This document shows positions 11,773 through 26,800 of a stretch of DNA of 64,000 nucleotides, piece by piece. Positions within the stretch are counted from its first letter, which is position 1, and each line of letters begins with the position of its first letter. The stretch comes from Podarcis erhardii (Eukaryota): NCBI GenBank assembly GCA_964252035.1, contig OZ176207.1; one strand, 5' to 3'. The position numbers were made by a program, and so were the translations under genes. The notes beneath the pieces are model-generated. The model was given only the letters and a program-made list of their open reading frames with translations, was not told the origin of the DNA and made no database searches.

Positions 11773-13249
11773 CCAGGTCTGTGATCCTTCCACAAGATTT
11801 CATGGGAATTTCGACAGCTCTGAGAGATCTCGAAAGAGCATTCTGGGGATTCTGGAGCCAGCATGCCAGTTCCAGAAATCCTGGGATGCTCACACAGGGT
11901 TTCAGAGAATTTGCGTTTTTGGCATATATGCAGAACCCTTGGCTTCAAGTGTATTATGTATAGAAATTACCAGTGTTTCAGAAGCCCTCCTTTCTTTCTC
12001 TCAACACATACAACCCTCATTGTTCCAATTTTCTTGCAAAGAAGGAAAAAACATAATTATGTTCTGTCCTTTTTACCTTGCATATAGTTTTCGTCCATGG
12101 TGTTATTAATACCTACGGTACCTGGATGAGTTCCAACTGAAAGTGTGCATTAATGGAAAACCTCTCTGTGCACCGAGTACAAAAAAATTAACACATTGAG
12201 AACTGTTCATTAGAGGATTAACAAACTCTAAACTTCCCTTAGCAAAATCCCATTATTTCTATGAAACAGAATGTCAATGCTATGATGCTGCCATTTTAAT
12301 TTCCCCCAATGCCTGGAATTATGTTTTTGGTACCAGAGAGATTCACTGATATATGAACCAGATGGGCATTTGCCAATGGCTCCTTCAAACCTGGCAATGG
12401 CAAAACTCAAATTATCCAGTCTCTCAATATCCTAAACAGTTCTACTTGGTGATACTATGCAGATATGAATACACATTTTTGAAGTGTTGAAGGTCCTGAC
12501 AAGCTTATGCTGAGGACGGCGGGGGTATGCTGTTCCTGATATATTCTGGTCCCAAACCACTGATAAAGTATTCAATGCACATTTTTGTCCTTTCATCCGC
12601 ACCAGTGAAGAAAGAACACAATAATCAAGCTTGCTGTTTCTTCTCTTCCCAACCAGCAAATGTTTGTATTTGTTGCCTTATGTGTTATTCCAAAAATATT
12701 AAAGTTAATTCCTATTCATGTCTGTGGAATACATACAAGAGACATTCGTCTGGGATTTTGCCTTTGTATAATGTAATCTCTTTCACCCGTGCAGTGCAGC
12801 AGGTAGAAATCTTTCAGCCATGGGTGTCTTAACTCACTATGCCCCATCTTTTCACAAGAACAGGAATGGTCCAAGTAGTCTCCTCCTCCTCTCTCAAGAG
12901 GGATTGTCATGTCATCAAAGCAGTTTCCCAACAGCAGCAATAAATTTTGACAAAACAGCGTTTAATTTGGCATTCTCAACTGACAAACATAATTTAGGTA
13001 GAATTACACTGCAAGACCAATGCTATCTGATTCATGGATATGATGAATTCCTGTAATCTGAGCTTTGGCACTTTGAAGAGCACCACTTTAGTCATGTTCC
13101 TGTAAGTTTGCTAATTCTAATTTTATTGAAGTGAGTTTGCTCTGATTATTCTCTCAGCCCAGAGCAAAAGGGCAGCATTGACCATAAATTTGATTCAGAC
13201 TTACATGGTTTTCTTCAGAAACCAGAAACACCAAGAAATGTTAACTATG

Positions 13250-13250
<1 letters not shown>

Positions 13251-13277
<27 letters not shown>
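13251..13277. repeat. (TG)n microsatellite
   Basis: Read directly. Confidence 0.95.
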
Positions 13278-13281
<4 letters not shown>

Positions 13282-13326
13282 GCACTTCCCTGGGGTCACA
13301 TTATATACTGTTCAAATAAATCAACC

Positions 13327-13440
13327 CAAGCATGGGGGAACTTTTCCAGCCCAAGGGCCACATTACCTCATGGGAACCCTTCTGGGGGCAACATACCAGT
13401 GATGGGTGTGGCCAGAGGCAAACATGGGCAGAGCAAAAAA
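13327..13440. mobile_element. Probable degraded hAT-like MITE end
   Basis: CAAGCATGGGGGAACTTTTCCAGCCCAAGGGCCAC resembles hAT-type termini. No second TIR identified. Confidence 0.3.
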
Positions 13441-15902
13441 TGCAAAACAATAAACAAAACCCCGAAACGTGTATATAATATTATACTGGGAAATCCTTTT
13501 ACTTTCATATATTTGAATAAAATATTTGAAAAAGAGATACTTTACATAAACTTTCCCAACAAATGCATGCCATTTTGTTCTACATTTTGAGATTGCCATT
13601 TTAATGCAGTTATTTACTCTATGCTTTTTTCGCTGATGTTTTTGGAGCTTCAGAGACAACCAGAAAGAGAAGGATTATTTTGAAACACGGGTTTATCAGA
13701 AACATCCCAGTATTTTCTGATTGCAAATACTCTATTGCAAAAAGATGCAGCTGCAAATATTGTCCATGGATTTGCTCACAAAGGTTACATTTTTGCCTTA
13801 ACTAGTTCAAAAAAACCCAACAGGCTCTATTTCTCAAATAGCTTATCTATAAATACACCTTTATTTATCCAGCTGTACCAATTAAATGTTTCTCCTTCAA
13901 TTTTAAAAACTAGATTACTTGCTTTGTAGGAAAAATAATTTTGGCTTATTGTGTCCTGAATGCTTATTGCATGAGAAATCATTTCCTGTCATCAATGCAG
14001 TCTGGTAAAGAAATTTGCTGATGTGCTACTTCCATCTCATCTACGATGCAGCATTTTCCTATGGTCAACGTCCCCTTCCTTCTTCGGGTCTTTTGTTCCT
14101 ATGGATAAAATCCTCTGCAGAGCTCTGCACCCATTAGGCTCTCTTCAGAAAAATTAGCACTTAGGACCATGCTGATCCTACTCCTGTCACTTAAGATGCA
14201 AGAAGCTCCTTGCTGAAGGCTCAGATACAGATCGTTAACCCAATCCCACAATTAGAAACACTTCTCCTAGAGAAGCCGATTATAGCTCACTATGACTCGA
14301 CACAGGGAATAAGTAGCAACTGATAGAACTGGAAGTAGGTAATGAATAGCACACACAATGCAAAGTTCCAGGCCATCACCACAGGGCTTGATGATCATTT
14401 GCGGAGGAAACTGCACAGATATTTTGTGAGCCATAACTACAAGCAGAAAACAAGGCAACTGTTAGTAAATGTTTGGCCAGTTTAGTATCAATTGATGCCC
14501 CCCAGACGGTTTAAATTATTGCAGAAATCACAGAAACAAAGTCTGCCTTAAATGAAGTCAGGCTACTGGTCCATTTCCCGCTGATTTCACTGATTGGCAG
14601 AGATTCTTCAAGTGTTTCAGTTTCTTTTCCAGCATTACTTGGAGATGCAACAATATGGGATCAGTACTTTCTGTCTCAGGAGTACTTACTGAATTATTCC
14701 TATGGAGGACATCACAAATAGTCTATGTGAATTTTTCAAGAAAAATCTGAGTAGGGCAGAATTTTTACTGGGTCCTGCTCCTGGATTTTATTTTGAAGTA
14801 TCTTTATAGGTTTTCAATTCCACACAGACATTCCACCACAATACTTTCTAAAGTTCTTCGCAATCTACTTTAAACTATCCTCACATCACATCTTGCAAGT
14901 GGTGAAGTCTATTGCGTGCAGGCTATTTACAGTACTTAAAAGCTGAACACGTGAGCCAAATCAAGGAAGACTTATCGCTAAACACTTTAAGGAAGGAAAC
15001 TCCCAATTTACTTCTCCCTCTACAAAAAAGAATCTGTTAAATGATTTAACTTATTTGCTTCTCCCCAGTTTTCTCTGCTTTCAACATGGCTGTGACTGAA
15101 AAATAGTCTTTACGTTTTCTAAATATCTCACGCCGAAATTGAAGAGCTGCAAGAGTGTAAACAGAACCACGGCTTCTCTCACATCTTTCTTGAAAAGCCA
15201 TTAGTATAATACTCTTAATTTATAATAAACAAAATTTCTTGTTGATTTAATTGATCTCTACAACATTGAGCTTAGAGCCAATTCTATCTGGCCACTTAAT
15301 GATGAACTATGCTGCTATAACTCAGGTAACAAATTGAGAGGGCAACAAATGAATCACACAGTAAACATGAAGTTAGCTTTCTTTTGCTTAGTTAAGTAGA
15401 CTCAATATGTACTTCATTTCACACCCTCTCCTCCATTCTGCCCATTTCCAAAGCAGAGCAGGGATCTGATCTTACACCTCCATACCAGACTGGCAGGTGT
15501 CTAGAAAACAGACAACATTCCTGGTATGGCTGAAGTATCTGCTCAAGAGCACTCTGAATGCAATGCTCATACAGAATAACTATAATTCCCGACTGCCATC
15601 ATGAATGCACCACCCACATACAAGAAGCTCAGCTACTCAGGTTTCTACATCTGCATTAATGTGGCCTCTGGGGGCAGACCTTCTTCCCTACCCATCAAGA
15701 AGGTCCACAATATCCTACTGGGGTCATAGGTCCACAATTCCCAGAGACCATAAGATTAAAGCAACTTTAATTTACTGTTAGCTGTTCCCTGAGGCTTGGT
15801 TAACATTTCACTCTCTTTCAAGAGCAAACTTAGTTATTTTAAAAATTCAAACAGATAAATAAATAAAAGACCTGATCCTGCCAGTCAATAACTTTTAAAA
15901 GC

Positions 15903-16631
15903 TCAAAACAAAATTTTTTTTCCTTCCAGTAGCACCTTAAAGACCAACTAAGTTAGTTCTTGGTATGAGCTTTCGTGTGCATGCACACTTCTTCAGATAC
16001 ACTGAAACAGAAGTCACCAGACCCTTCTATATAGTGAGAAGGTGGGAAGGGGTATTACTCAGAAGGGTGGTGGGATTGGGTGATTGGCAGATAGCTGTGA
16101 TGAGCCTGTTGACGACTCTTAACGACTGCAATAGGTCTTACAGGAAAAAGCAAGGGGTGAGAAGGTGAAAAATGGCTTTGTCATGTATAATGAGATAAGA
16201 ATCCAATGTCTTTGTTTAGACCAGGTCTCTCCATGGTTTTAAGTTTGGTAATAAGTTGCAATTCAGCAGCTTCTCTTTCCAGTCTATTTCTGAAATTCCT
16301 TTGTAATAGAACAGCTACTTTGAGATCTTGTATAGAATAAACGGACATAAATCTGACATCAGGAACCACAAGACAGAGAAACCAGTAGGAGAACACTTCA
16401 ATCTCCCAGGACATTCTATACAAGATCTCAAAGTAGCTGTTCTATTACAAAGGAATTTCAGAAATAGACTGGAAAGAGAAGCTGTTGAATTGCAACTTAT
16501 TACCAAACTTAAAACCATGGAGAGACCTGGTCTGAACAAAGACATTGGATTCTTATCTCATTATACATGACAAAGCCATTTTTCACCTTCTCACCCCTTG
16601 CTTTTTCCTGTAAGACCTATTGCAGTCGTTA
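15903..16631. mobile_element. Penelope-like element (Neptune-type) 3' fragment with inverted duplicate; encodes GIY-YIG endonuclease C-terminus on both strands
   Basis: RINGHKSDIR...PVGEHFNLPGHS...LEREAVELQLITKLKT...GLNKD on + (16334-16570) and mirrored on -. Inverted arms 16120-16338 and 16413-16631. Confidence 0.88.
15963..16000 (-). ncRNA. Minimal type I hammerhead ribozyme motif
   Basis: Identical to the 38-nt motif at 3661-3698, on the minus strand. Confidence 0.7.
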
Positions 16632-16702
16632 GCTTAGCTCTTAAACTGAAATTGATGTGAATAAGTTCTTAATTTTGTCTTGAACATGTTCCAATAAAAG
16701 TA

Positions 16703-17126
16703 CTGTATTTTTCGCCATATAGGACCCACTTTTCCCCCTCCAAAAATGAAGGGGAAATGTGTGTGCGTCCTATGGGGCAAATGCAGGCTTCAGGAAGCAA
16801 TCCGCAAGCCTGGGGAGTCCGTGGGAGTTCCCGCAGGGCTCCCTAGGCTTGTGGATATCAGCCTGCTGCCCGAAGCCTGGGGCGCACTGAGCAGCGCGCC
16901 CCGGTCTTCAGGCAGATATCTGCAAGCCTGGGGAGACTGGCGCAACTTCCCGCCGGGCTCCCTAGGCTTGTGGATAGCAGCCTGTTCTGGGGGCTGGCGA
17001 AGCTCGGGCTTCCCCCGCCCCAGCCCCGTGCCTGGGGGGGGGGGAAATAATTTTTTTTCTTTATTTCCCCCCAAAAAACTAGGTGCGCCCTATGGGCCAG
17101 TGCGCCCTATGGGGCGAAAAATACGG
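16703..17126. mobile_element. Tc2/pogo-like MITE, family C, copy 1 (424 bp)
   Basis: TIR C(C/T)GTATTTTTCGCC...GGCGAAAAATACGG, TA flanks, GC-rich interior. Confidence 0.85.
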
Positions 17127-17735
17127 TAACTAGACGTACAACAGGTATCAACATTTTGCTGTTAATCACATTCAAAATGGTTATGTCTTTTTTTTCTGTT
17201 CCAGTTTAGAAATTTCAGGCTTTAAATTAGGCAACTACAAAGTTACTATTCAACACATATCTTTGTTTTAATATCACATATTGACAACTGCGCAATTATG
17301 TTGGTGGGTGCAGCAAGGAAACACAGGCAAGTGTCATAACACTAGGGTTTCCTAAATTATCTAGCCTATGAAGAACTCTTCATAGGATTTTAGAAATTAC
17401 ATGCTGAATGCTTATGTAGTCTCTAGTAAAGGGAAAGCTGCTTGTTGCATAGTGAAGTTGTTCATCCTTTTTGGCAGTGGATACAACACTGTGTCTCTTT
17501 TTCAGGTGACACAAAATTGGACTGACAGAAGGTACAACAGAATGAAATGCTACTGGAGGTCACAAAATTAACCTAAACTATATCAGTAGCATATCTAGAT
17601 ATAAAATTTTAAATGCCTTTTTAATGCAAAATCCAAACATTACAATAGTAATGGAGACATTTAAAAAGTAAAAGTAAAAGGATGTGCACATTGTCTTTAA
17701 GAATTCAACCAATAAAACAGGCATTATATAAACTA

Positions 17736-17823
17736 TTATTTCACTACAGCTACAATGTGTTTCTTCTTCTCTGACACAAGCGGTACAGATCCAGGCTTGC
17801 TATGTTTCCGGCGATTCATTTCC
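17736..17823 (-). CDS. DCAF13: DCAF13 exon 11 (EMNRRKHSKPGSVPLVSEKKKHIVAVVK*)
   Basis: Acceptor TTTCAG, TAA at 17736-17738. Confidence 0.92.
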
Positions 17824-20800
17824 CTGAAATAAGAAACATCAAAATTAGATTATTTCAGCCACAAGGGGTATAATTTTATTTAAAAAACAAAGTACTTAAC
17901 TGACCATACTCTACATTGCTTCTGAAAAACAATATACTGAAAATGCCCTACTGTATTTGGAAAATCACTAACTGGCTGCTAGATCATAAACTTGGGCAGA
18001 AACTCATTTTGAGTTGCTTCTTTTAGGCAACAGATTCAATTAAAACAAAACTGAATAATGTATTTTATAGTGTTCTCTACTATTTCTAAGGATCGTCTAT
18101 TTTGTTCCATGGAGAAACCACCTGTTCCTTTTCTCTTGAATGTGAGTATTTACCACCACTTTGCCTTCCCTTTCCACCCCATTGCCTCATGCAATCTAAT
18201 TGCTTAAATTAACAAATAAATGTTACAGAATCATTTGCAATAACCAATACATCATCTAGTCCAACTAAAATAATTAAAGCTTGCCAATAGACTCCTGTAC
18301 AGATTTCTTTCATTTTGGTAAAATTTCAATAGAAAAGAGTAAACTGAACTGCTCTTCAAGCTAGCAAGTTTCCTCTAAATCTATTCAAAAGTGTTGCTGG
18401 GCTAACTGAAAGAATGGCCCAATATAACATCTAATTTAACAAGGTAAAGTTAAGAAGTAACATACTTTCGCCGACGAGCTTCTCTCATGATGCGTTGCTC
18501 TCTGGCCTGGCTATAGATCATCTTTGGCAAGTGTCGATGGCGATTTATACGTTTGATTTGGGGGTGGTGCTGGAATTTCTCTTTCAATTTCTCATTGTAG
18601 TTCATAGCTGCTTTTTCCCGAGGAAGAAGCTACAGAAACAGACCCTGGTGTTAAAACTGAGCAGGTGGTAAAGATGACTTATTCCATAAAGCAAGACAGA
18701 ACAGTTTTAGAAGTGTGCAATTCCACAAGAAGTATTGTTGGTTCCTGTGTGTCTGCTAACAGGTACAAAACTGTCCCTGCCAGATCTCCAAGAACCTGGC
18801 AAATATCAGCTAAAATTGTGCAATCCACACTGTGCAAGCATGACAGAAAAAGAATCTGGATTCTTTAAAAGATGTACTAGAAACTATATTCTTCTCCCAT
18901 CCCCCACAAGTGGACTATTCAGGTTGAGGGGACAGAAAGAGTAGTAAGAAGGAATAAAACATCACATGTTAAATAACCCTCCAATTAACTGCAATCACCC
19001 TGCCCATTAGAAGAGGCAGCAAATATGAAGTAGTCCCTGGAGTGGATTAATTGTCTATTTCAGAGGGAAGCAGAGATACCATCAGGGCCTATGCCAGGCA
19101 AACTACCCCCTCCCTGCCATTTGCCAAAAAACATAATTTGCCTTGTGAGAAGGAAGGAGGGGGGCTGGAGGAAGGGGGCTGTTCATGCTTCATTTTTAAC
19201 TGCAGATAAGTGAGTGGCAAAACTGTGTAACTGTAAAACTCCCGGTGTGCCTAGGCAAAAAGGCGGTATAGAAATTCAATAAATGAATAGTTCGTTCCAA
19301 TAGCAGTGGAAAAGAAATGGGCAAAAATGTAATCAAAGCTTATTGGACGCTCAGAAAAACCAAGAACTAGTAGAACTTGTTTTCAAGTAAGTCTGCTTAA
19401 AAGTGCTACCTAAAACCATTCTGGGAACCCATCTTACTTACATACTAGCTACCATCCCCAAGTTACTCAGTCCAACGCAAGCATTAACATGACCTATTTT
19501 TTCTTTGGATTTTTCAGCAGGCATCTTAGGGCTCCAATAACCCTGTGAGGAGAGTTCCACTCACAGCACCCACTAATGGAAGGAGTGGGGAGAGGAGGTG
19601 ATTTTTACAGATCCCCCCCTTCCGCCTGAAATTTGCCCCAGATGGTTGAAGAACCCTCTTCAGTGTGGGAGATGATGTGGACAGAAAGCTGCAGGGGAAA
19701 TAACTAGAAGTCACATTCTGCCCAATTTTGTTAGCAGGTACCACAACTGGATCAAAGTCCATCTACGAAGGTCACCTTTGGATCCAATCACAAATGGATA
19801 AATACTTGCACCTGAAGTTGACGCAAGAACTTACATATTTATTATTTAAGTTTGCCATACTTTATAAAATGGCTGCCTATTTGTTATCACTTTACTGGCA
19901 ATCTACGCAGAATTTCATCACTCCAGTGTTTTAGAGTAGGAATAATTTTTTGCTGGAAGCAAGGAAGCAGAAGCCCATTCTACTCTGCTGCTTAGTTAGG
20001 TATAGCTTATTTTATTAATTGAGTAGGACAGTTTCAATTAGCCTCTCTTCCTGGACACCTTGATTTTTTTTCTTCTATATCTATAAAAGGGTCTAGTGAA
20101 TTAATGGGAGGGGGGTTGTTCACCTATAGAGTCAAAACCTAAGCATCTTGATGCCAAACCCCTAATGATTTCACCAACATACACGAATAAAGAAAGTCAC
20201 CTTTTGGGGCTCTAGAGGAAAACATTTGATACAAATATCCAGCTGGAGTTGTCTTAGCTCTCAAATATAAGATATTAAATTGAATCAATGTTAGCAGACA
20301 TTTACAGGAATGAAATACAGTAATCCTTTACAAATTACATGCGTTATTTTTCCTTGGTCATTATCTCAAGACATCCCATAATAGTTTGTTTAGTCAGCAA
20401 TACATTCCAGGCATTCCTGCAGTGCAAATTGTCAATGCAATCCAAATTAAAAGGCTTTCATTTTAATTAAAGGCAATTACTTTAAAAATGGTTGCTCCTT
20501 CTGCAGACAAAAACAATACTGTGAGTTTATATGCACAGCACTCCTGAATTACTGCGTAGGTGAATGTGTGCAAAATCAGGAAGGGGAGGAGAGGGAAGGG
20601 AGCTTGGAATAGGAGGAAAAGTGACAGGGTAATATCCATGATGAGGGGCATTCATATAAAGGTCAGTATAATATAAAATATAGCATGAATTTTCACAAAA
20701 TGGCAGTAGAGCAGAAGCCAGGGGCATGTCTCAGGATTAGGCATGAACTGCACCTGATATTCACATTATGTTCATAGCCCCATCATGTTATAAACACCTA

Positions 20801-23800
20801 GAACAGAAATCTCAATATCTCTTTTTTTAAAAGCAAATGCACAATTGTATCATCACCTCCCTGACCTCAGTTCAATACATATTGACAACTTGCTCTTGTT
20901 AGCGCAAACAGGCCAGACTAAATTCCTCCAAAGCATCAGCTTTGAGGGCTGTCCTGGGCTTGTGAGACTATGATCCAAGATTAAAGATGATTCCTGTTAT
21001 TATATAGCAAAGGCAGAAGCAAAGGCCTCACACTAGCACTTCAAATATTATATTTGTGCCTATATGCTACTACTTCAGACAGAAGCTCAAAAGGACTGGG
21101 CTATAAAAGCTCACTGAATTACTAAACCCCATACCAATTGTTATACAATCCAAGAGAGTTCTACAAAACATTACAATGAGTGAATACTTGTAATTACTAG
21201 TTCATTTACATTATCATGACCACAACTGTAGCTTTCTCTTTGTGAAGAAGATACCCAAGATTAGCGTGCAGCGTGTCTAAATTGTATCAGGTGCACCGCA
21301 TTAGAGATTTAAAATGCCCATCTCATGTAACTTATTCAATTGCGTACAACTTTTGCAATGTAAAAGCAGATTTGCTTTCACAAAGTCTGCATTACATAGA
21401 TGCAAAAACGTAAAGTTGCTATTTTGGAAAGCAGCACAGTCCTTTTTAAAGAACACTCTCCTGCAGCTGTAACAACTAGATGTCACTTGTCTCCACCACA
21501 GTTACCCAGAATATCACAGGCTTAATCGTCAGTGGAGTGTAGACAGGGTAAGCGCCTCTGGCTCCTGCAGAGATGCTGTTCTTGCTAGAGTGTTCCACTG
21601 ATTTTACGTAATGAGTTCAACGCCAAATACATTAATGAAGCAAAGGAAACATGAATGTCAGAAATGATGAATACTTGAGCAGCCTCAGTGTCAAAGTACA
21701 ACTACCAGTCAAATAAACACTCATCAACTATGAAAGCCACAACCTAAGCAGTGTATTTAGGTCTAATCCAAATGTCAAGTAAAATTGTGCAGTGCATCTG
21801 ACAGAGGAGAATTCTGCAATGATGGAGAAGCTCCTCTTATTCATATTGGTTTCTTTAAAGAAAAAAAAAGGTTTAGCCTGCATGACACTTCCAATGCATT
21901 AAATCTTATTGCATTTTTTTTCTTCAGAAGCTTAATCTTTGGCAGTATCACATGAGCATGGAGCTGAATGATCAACTCTACTCTCTTGAGGAGCATTTAG
22001 CCAAACAGCTACTTATGCGCTCCTCCCCCAGTCCCACTGCTGCACTACCCAGTGCTAAACCAGTCTGATTGAATGTGTCATAAAAAACTCAGGCTTATCA
22101 TTTGTCTCGCTCCCGACAAATCTGGAGGAGACAATCTGGAGAAAACAAAGAGCAGGAGCCCCAGGTACTGCCATGGAAATGGGGGAGGACTGCAGTGGCA
22201 GCAATAACCTCTCTGAGAAGCCACGGCCTCATGCTAACACATGGTTTGCTCTTAGCAGTACGTGTGAACTGAGCCACTGAACAGTTATATTCAATTGATA
22301 GAAATATATACCATAATATATGGTAAACATAATATATGAGCAAACTCAAGGCATGCTAGTTGCAATGAAAGATTATCATGCATACAACTAAGCCAAATTA
22401 AAGATCAGCATTTTAAATACATAAATATAATTTTGTCACCTTAATTCCCTTTTTAAAATATAATTTGAATTTACTTACCACACCAAGTTTTTCAGAAGCA
22501 TTAGCTTTCCACAAACGAATGTTCATTTCGTCAGAGCCACACAAGATATATTTGTTGTCAGATGTCCATTTAACAGTAATGACATGCTGCATTCGCTTTG
22601 TATGATAGACTTCTCTAAAACAAACAAACAAACAAACAAAAACACCTATTAAATTGGAACATTTATACTGATGTTTTCTTTCATCATGCATTTTCCTTTC
22701 AACACTGGAAAGTGTTATTTTTTTATTCATAAAAGGGACCAATAAGTTTATTTTTAAGGTATACAACGTGTATTGCAGACAAATTAAACAATATGTAGCA
22801 CCACCTAAATCCTCAGAAATTACTAACTGCATACAAAAGACTCAAAAATAATTACCATATTTTTCGCTCTATTGGGCGCACCAGACCATAGGACGCACCG
22901 GACCATAGGAGGGGGAGAACAGGGAAAAAAATTTTTTTTCTTGTTTTCCCCCTCTAAAACAAGGTGCGTTCTGTGCATTCAACCGAAGCCTCCGGAGCCC
23001 ATCGGGAGTTCCTGTTGGGCTCCGGAGGCTTTGGGTTCCTTTCGACCTGCTCTTTGGGGCTGGCGAAGGGAAGCGCTGCTTTCCCCCACCGCCAGCCCCA
23101 AAGACCAGGTCGGGGAGCAGCGTGAAGGCGTCACGCACCTTCCCGCTATCCCCCGAGCTTGTGGGGCTGGCGTTGCAGCCTTCCCCCCACCTTCATACAG
23201 CTTTCATAGCCTCCGCAGGACAGCGGGGTGAAGGCACCCTGCTGCCCTGGGGAGGCTTTGCGCAGCTAACCCCAAGCTAGAACAGCGAGACGGAGCGCTG
23301 CGCAGCACTCCGTCTCCCTGTTCTGGCTTTGGGCTTAGTCGCGCAGCCTGCATTTGCTCTATAGGACGCCCACACATTTCCCCTTAATTTTTGGAGGGGA
23401 AAAAGTGTGTCCTATAGAGCGAAAAATACGGTATCTCTGGGGCCCTTACCCAACACTTCAAGGAAGATGTCTGTTACCAGAATACACAGATGAGATAAAC
23501 AGTGGTCGTGTGAATCACCTCTGTGCTAATAATGACAACTTCTAGCCTGTTCCCATGACTCTGAGCACATGGAAGACCAAACTGATTTTTTGGGGGGAGG
23601 GGGGTAACTATCAGCTAAGCTTCCATTAACTAGGTGTGCAGTTGGCAATACCAGGCATTGAAGCTGTTATATAGATCAGCTTTTGACATTCAGTCAGAAA
23701 CTCAGTCAACACCTGCTTGGTTGTAGTTCTGCTTAAGTGCAAAAAACCCCTGAAACATATGTCATTGAAAGTCACATGACCAGTTTGGCTTGTGGCAGCA

Positions 23801-26800
23801 AAGATAAAACTCAGCAGAGCCTATCTTGATGAAACCTAGATGATACTGTGAACATTTTTTCTCCAATAGGCATTCCAAGCTGGATGAATGTGTCCCTGCT
23901 AAGGTATCTGATTTGTATTTTTAAAATATGTATCTGCTGGTGTTTTCTCTTTTGGTTTTAACTGGGGTTTTTAATAGTTCTTTTCTTGTATCTTGCACAT
24001 TGGCTTGAAACGTGTGTAAGACAATTCAATAATAATAATCATCATCTAATAATAATAATAATACAGTGGTGCCCCGCAAGACGAACGCCTCGCAAGACGG
24101 AAAACCCGCTAGACGAAAGGGTTTTCCGTTTTGGAGGCGCTTCGCAAAACGAATTTCCCTATGGGCTTGCTTCGCAAGACGAAAATGTCTTGCGAGTTCC
24201 TGCGGGTTCCCCCCCCTTTTTCCCAAGCCGCTAATCAGCTGATCCGCTGATAAGCCGCTTAACAGCTGATCGCTAAAAGCCGCTAAACCGCTAATAGCGC
24301 TAATCCGCTAAGCTCTCAATGGGCTTGCTTCGCAAGACGAAAAAACCGCTATATGAAGAGCCTCACGGAACGGATTAATTTCGTCTTGCGAGGCACCACT
24401 GTAATTAACAACAACAACAAGCAGCAGCAACATTATTCCAAAGGGTCCCTCAATCCACAGGAATAGCTTTTTGTGGGAGAGAAAAAAGGAGCTGCAAAAG
24501 CAATGTTACGCAAAATGAGTTCCACTCTTCGATATAACGCCTTAAATTAGAGCAAGTACTCTGTTCTGATTTAAATTATACTCTAAAATATTTATAAAGG
24601 CGCAGAGTACCCATCTTGTAATTATTTAACAACTATGTACAATTTACAATTATTTTCATTTGGTTATATTATTTATTGTAACCTATATTTTTTCTTCATT
24701 CAAGTCTACTGTTTAAAAATAAATACATAAGACATAGAACAGCTATAGATGATAATTACTACTTACATGGAGACTTTGCTTATGTCCCCAGTAGTCTAAT
24801 TTGTTTTCAATTAAGATCGGAATGCAACCAAAGCACATTACAATCATGAATACATATTCATAGCTTTATTTTATTATTCACTGCCACCACAGGGCTACTA
24901 AAAAAACAATCTTGCTCTGAGGTGAAGGGAGATGCAGTTTTGAAGTATGTCTTGGCCATTTTATTATACAGATTGATATCATATAGTGTTATATAATTTT
25001 AATTGGTGCTTATAGTTTCAACTATAAACAGTGGGCAACATCAAACAATATTCATCCTCTAGTTGATGGAAATCTGCTTGTGTAATTGGACTTGTGGTTT
25101 CTCTTCTCCCCTTCCAGTCTCTGCATGCCCCAAAAAACTGCCCAAGAGGAGTCTCCCAAAGCACCAGAGCAGGTTTTGGGGGTGCACATGGGGTTGTAGT
25201 GGATACCCTCTTCTGCTATACTGAATCTCACCCAATATTTTCAGTGAGGTTTGCCTGAAAAGAAGTATGTTCATATGTGCACGCTTATATATGAGTTTAG
25301 GAGTTCAGGAGGACCTCACAACCAAGCCAGAGCCCCATGAGTCTTGGGCTGTGCACATATAAAATAAGGTTATAGTATGATAACAACCAACAAATTCAAT
25401 TTATTGAGATTAACTGTTTTTCATATATAATGTAGACAAAAGAGAGTGACTAAAGAGGAAGTCTCCCCTTTGCTCAAATTATTAGTTTTTTAAAGAATGG
25501 TCCAATCACTCCTTAACATATTAGATCATTAACTTCATGACATATTTAACAGCAGTCATGACATTCTGATAAAACAGAGTACTTTATTTTATACAGAGTA
25601 TTTACCAATAAAGTACACCACTTTATTGGTGCCCTCTACTCTCCTTATTGATCTCTGGAAGAAAATAATTGTATGCAATTTCAGATGCTTCTTTCACCTA
25701 ACCCTTTCTTTTTAAAAAAATACTTTATTTGTGCCTTTTGCTTGTCACAAGTTTTGAAAAATCACTCTTCTGAGGACAAGAGCAATACAATAGCATATGG
25801 GTGAATAACTTGATTCTTTCATTTAATCACACAAACATCTGGTTCATTTGCCAAGGGCTTTTAATGAACTTAATAAACAGAGTATCTCTTATTTCTTCTG
25901 TCTTCTCAAGTTTCACATTCAGGGCTTAATTAGGAACACAAAATATGCCATGGCTTATGAGCCCTTGGGACTGTGAAAGAAGCCTCCTGGATTAGACAAA
26001 TAAGTTCAGCAATGTGCATTTGATAAGTAAAATATTACTTCTATGCAAAACTCATGTTTTTTAAAACGATCTCATTAAAGAGGTTATGTGGATCCTGGAA
26101 GTCAACTAATACACATACACATTATTTTCTGAGTTTGAATGACTTTACTGTGTCTCAACACAGTCTGTCAATACTGTATTTTAACTGTTTCTTTTAATGA
26201 TGTATTTTTATAATATCTTGAACTCCTGAGAGGCAAAGCTCTATTCTGAAGGAAAACAGAGCTACTTTATATAAGTAGGGGTAGGGAAATGGATCCTGTC
26301 AGTGGGTCAGATGTTGACCTCTCCCAGCCCCACAGGAGAATTTGACAGATGGCATAAGAAATAAGGTCACTCCACGCAGAGAAAAGTGACTTGTTTCTTG
26401 AGCAGCTCACCATTATACATGACACAAGACTCTTGAAAGAGTGGATTTGCAAAAGCAAAAATCCCACTGAGTGAGCCCGTCATTAGGCTACTCTAAGGTA
26501 GGATTTAGAACCCAATCAATTTTAGTTTGGAAATTCAATATACATTCTAACAAATAGGAAGTACTGAAATACTGGAAAATTCAACTGGAAATTCAACAGC
26601 TGTGAATTATTACTTTTTCAGTGCAAGCAACAAACAACTACTGGTAGGAGGATATATCCTTCCTCAAGATAATACACACATTAAATAAGTTTATGAGAGC
26701 ATTAAGAATGGTGGGAAAGGAGGAAGGGGTCCCAAGATAAGCCTATTTGTAAAATCACTGACCTGCTGTGACCTTTGTCTACTGGAAAAATGCGAATAGA

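Noticed and set aside
16181-16570. ORFs resembling a host nuclease gene
   Set aside because: They are PLE endonuclease C-termini. 16181..16423 is a chimera across the inversion junction.
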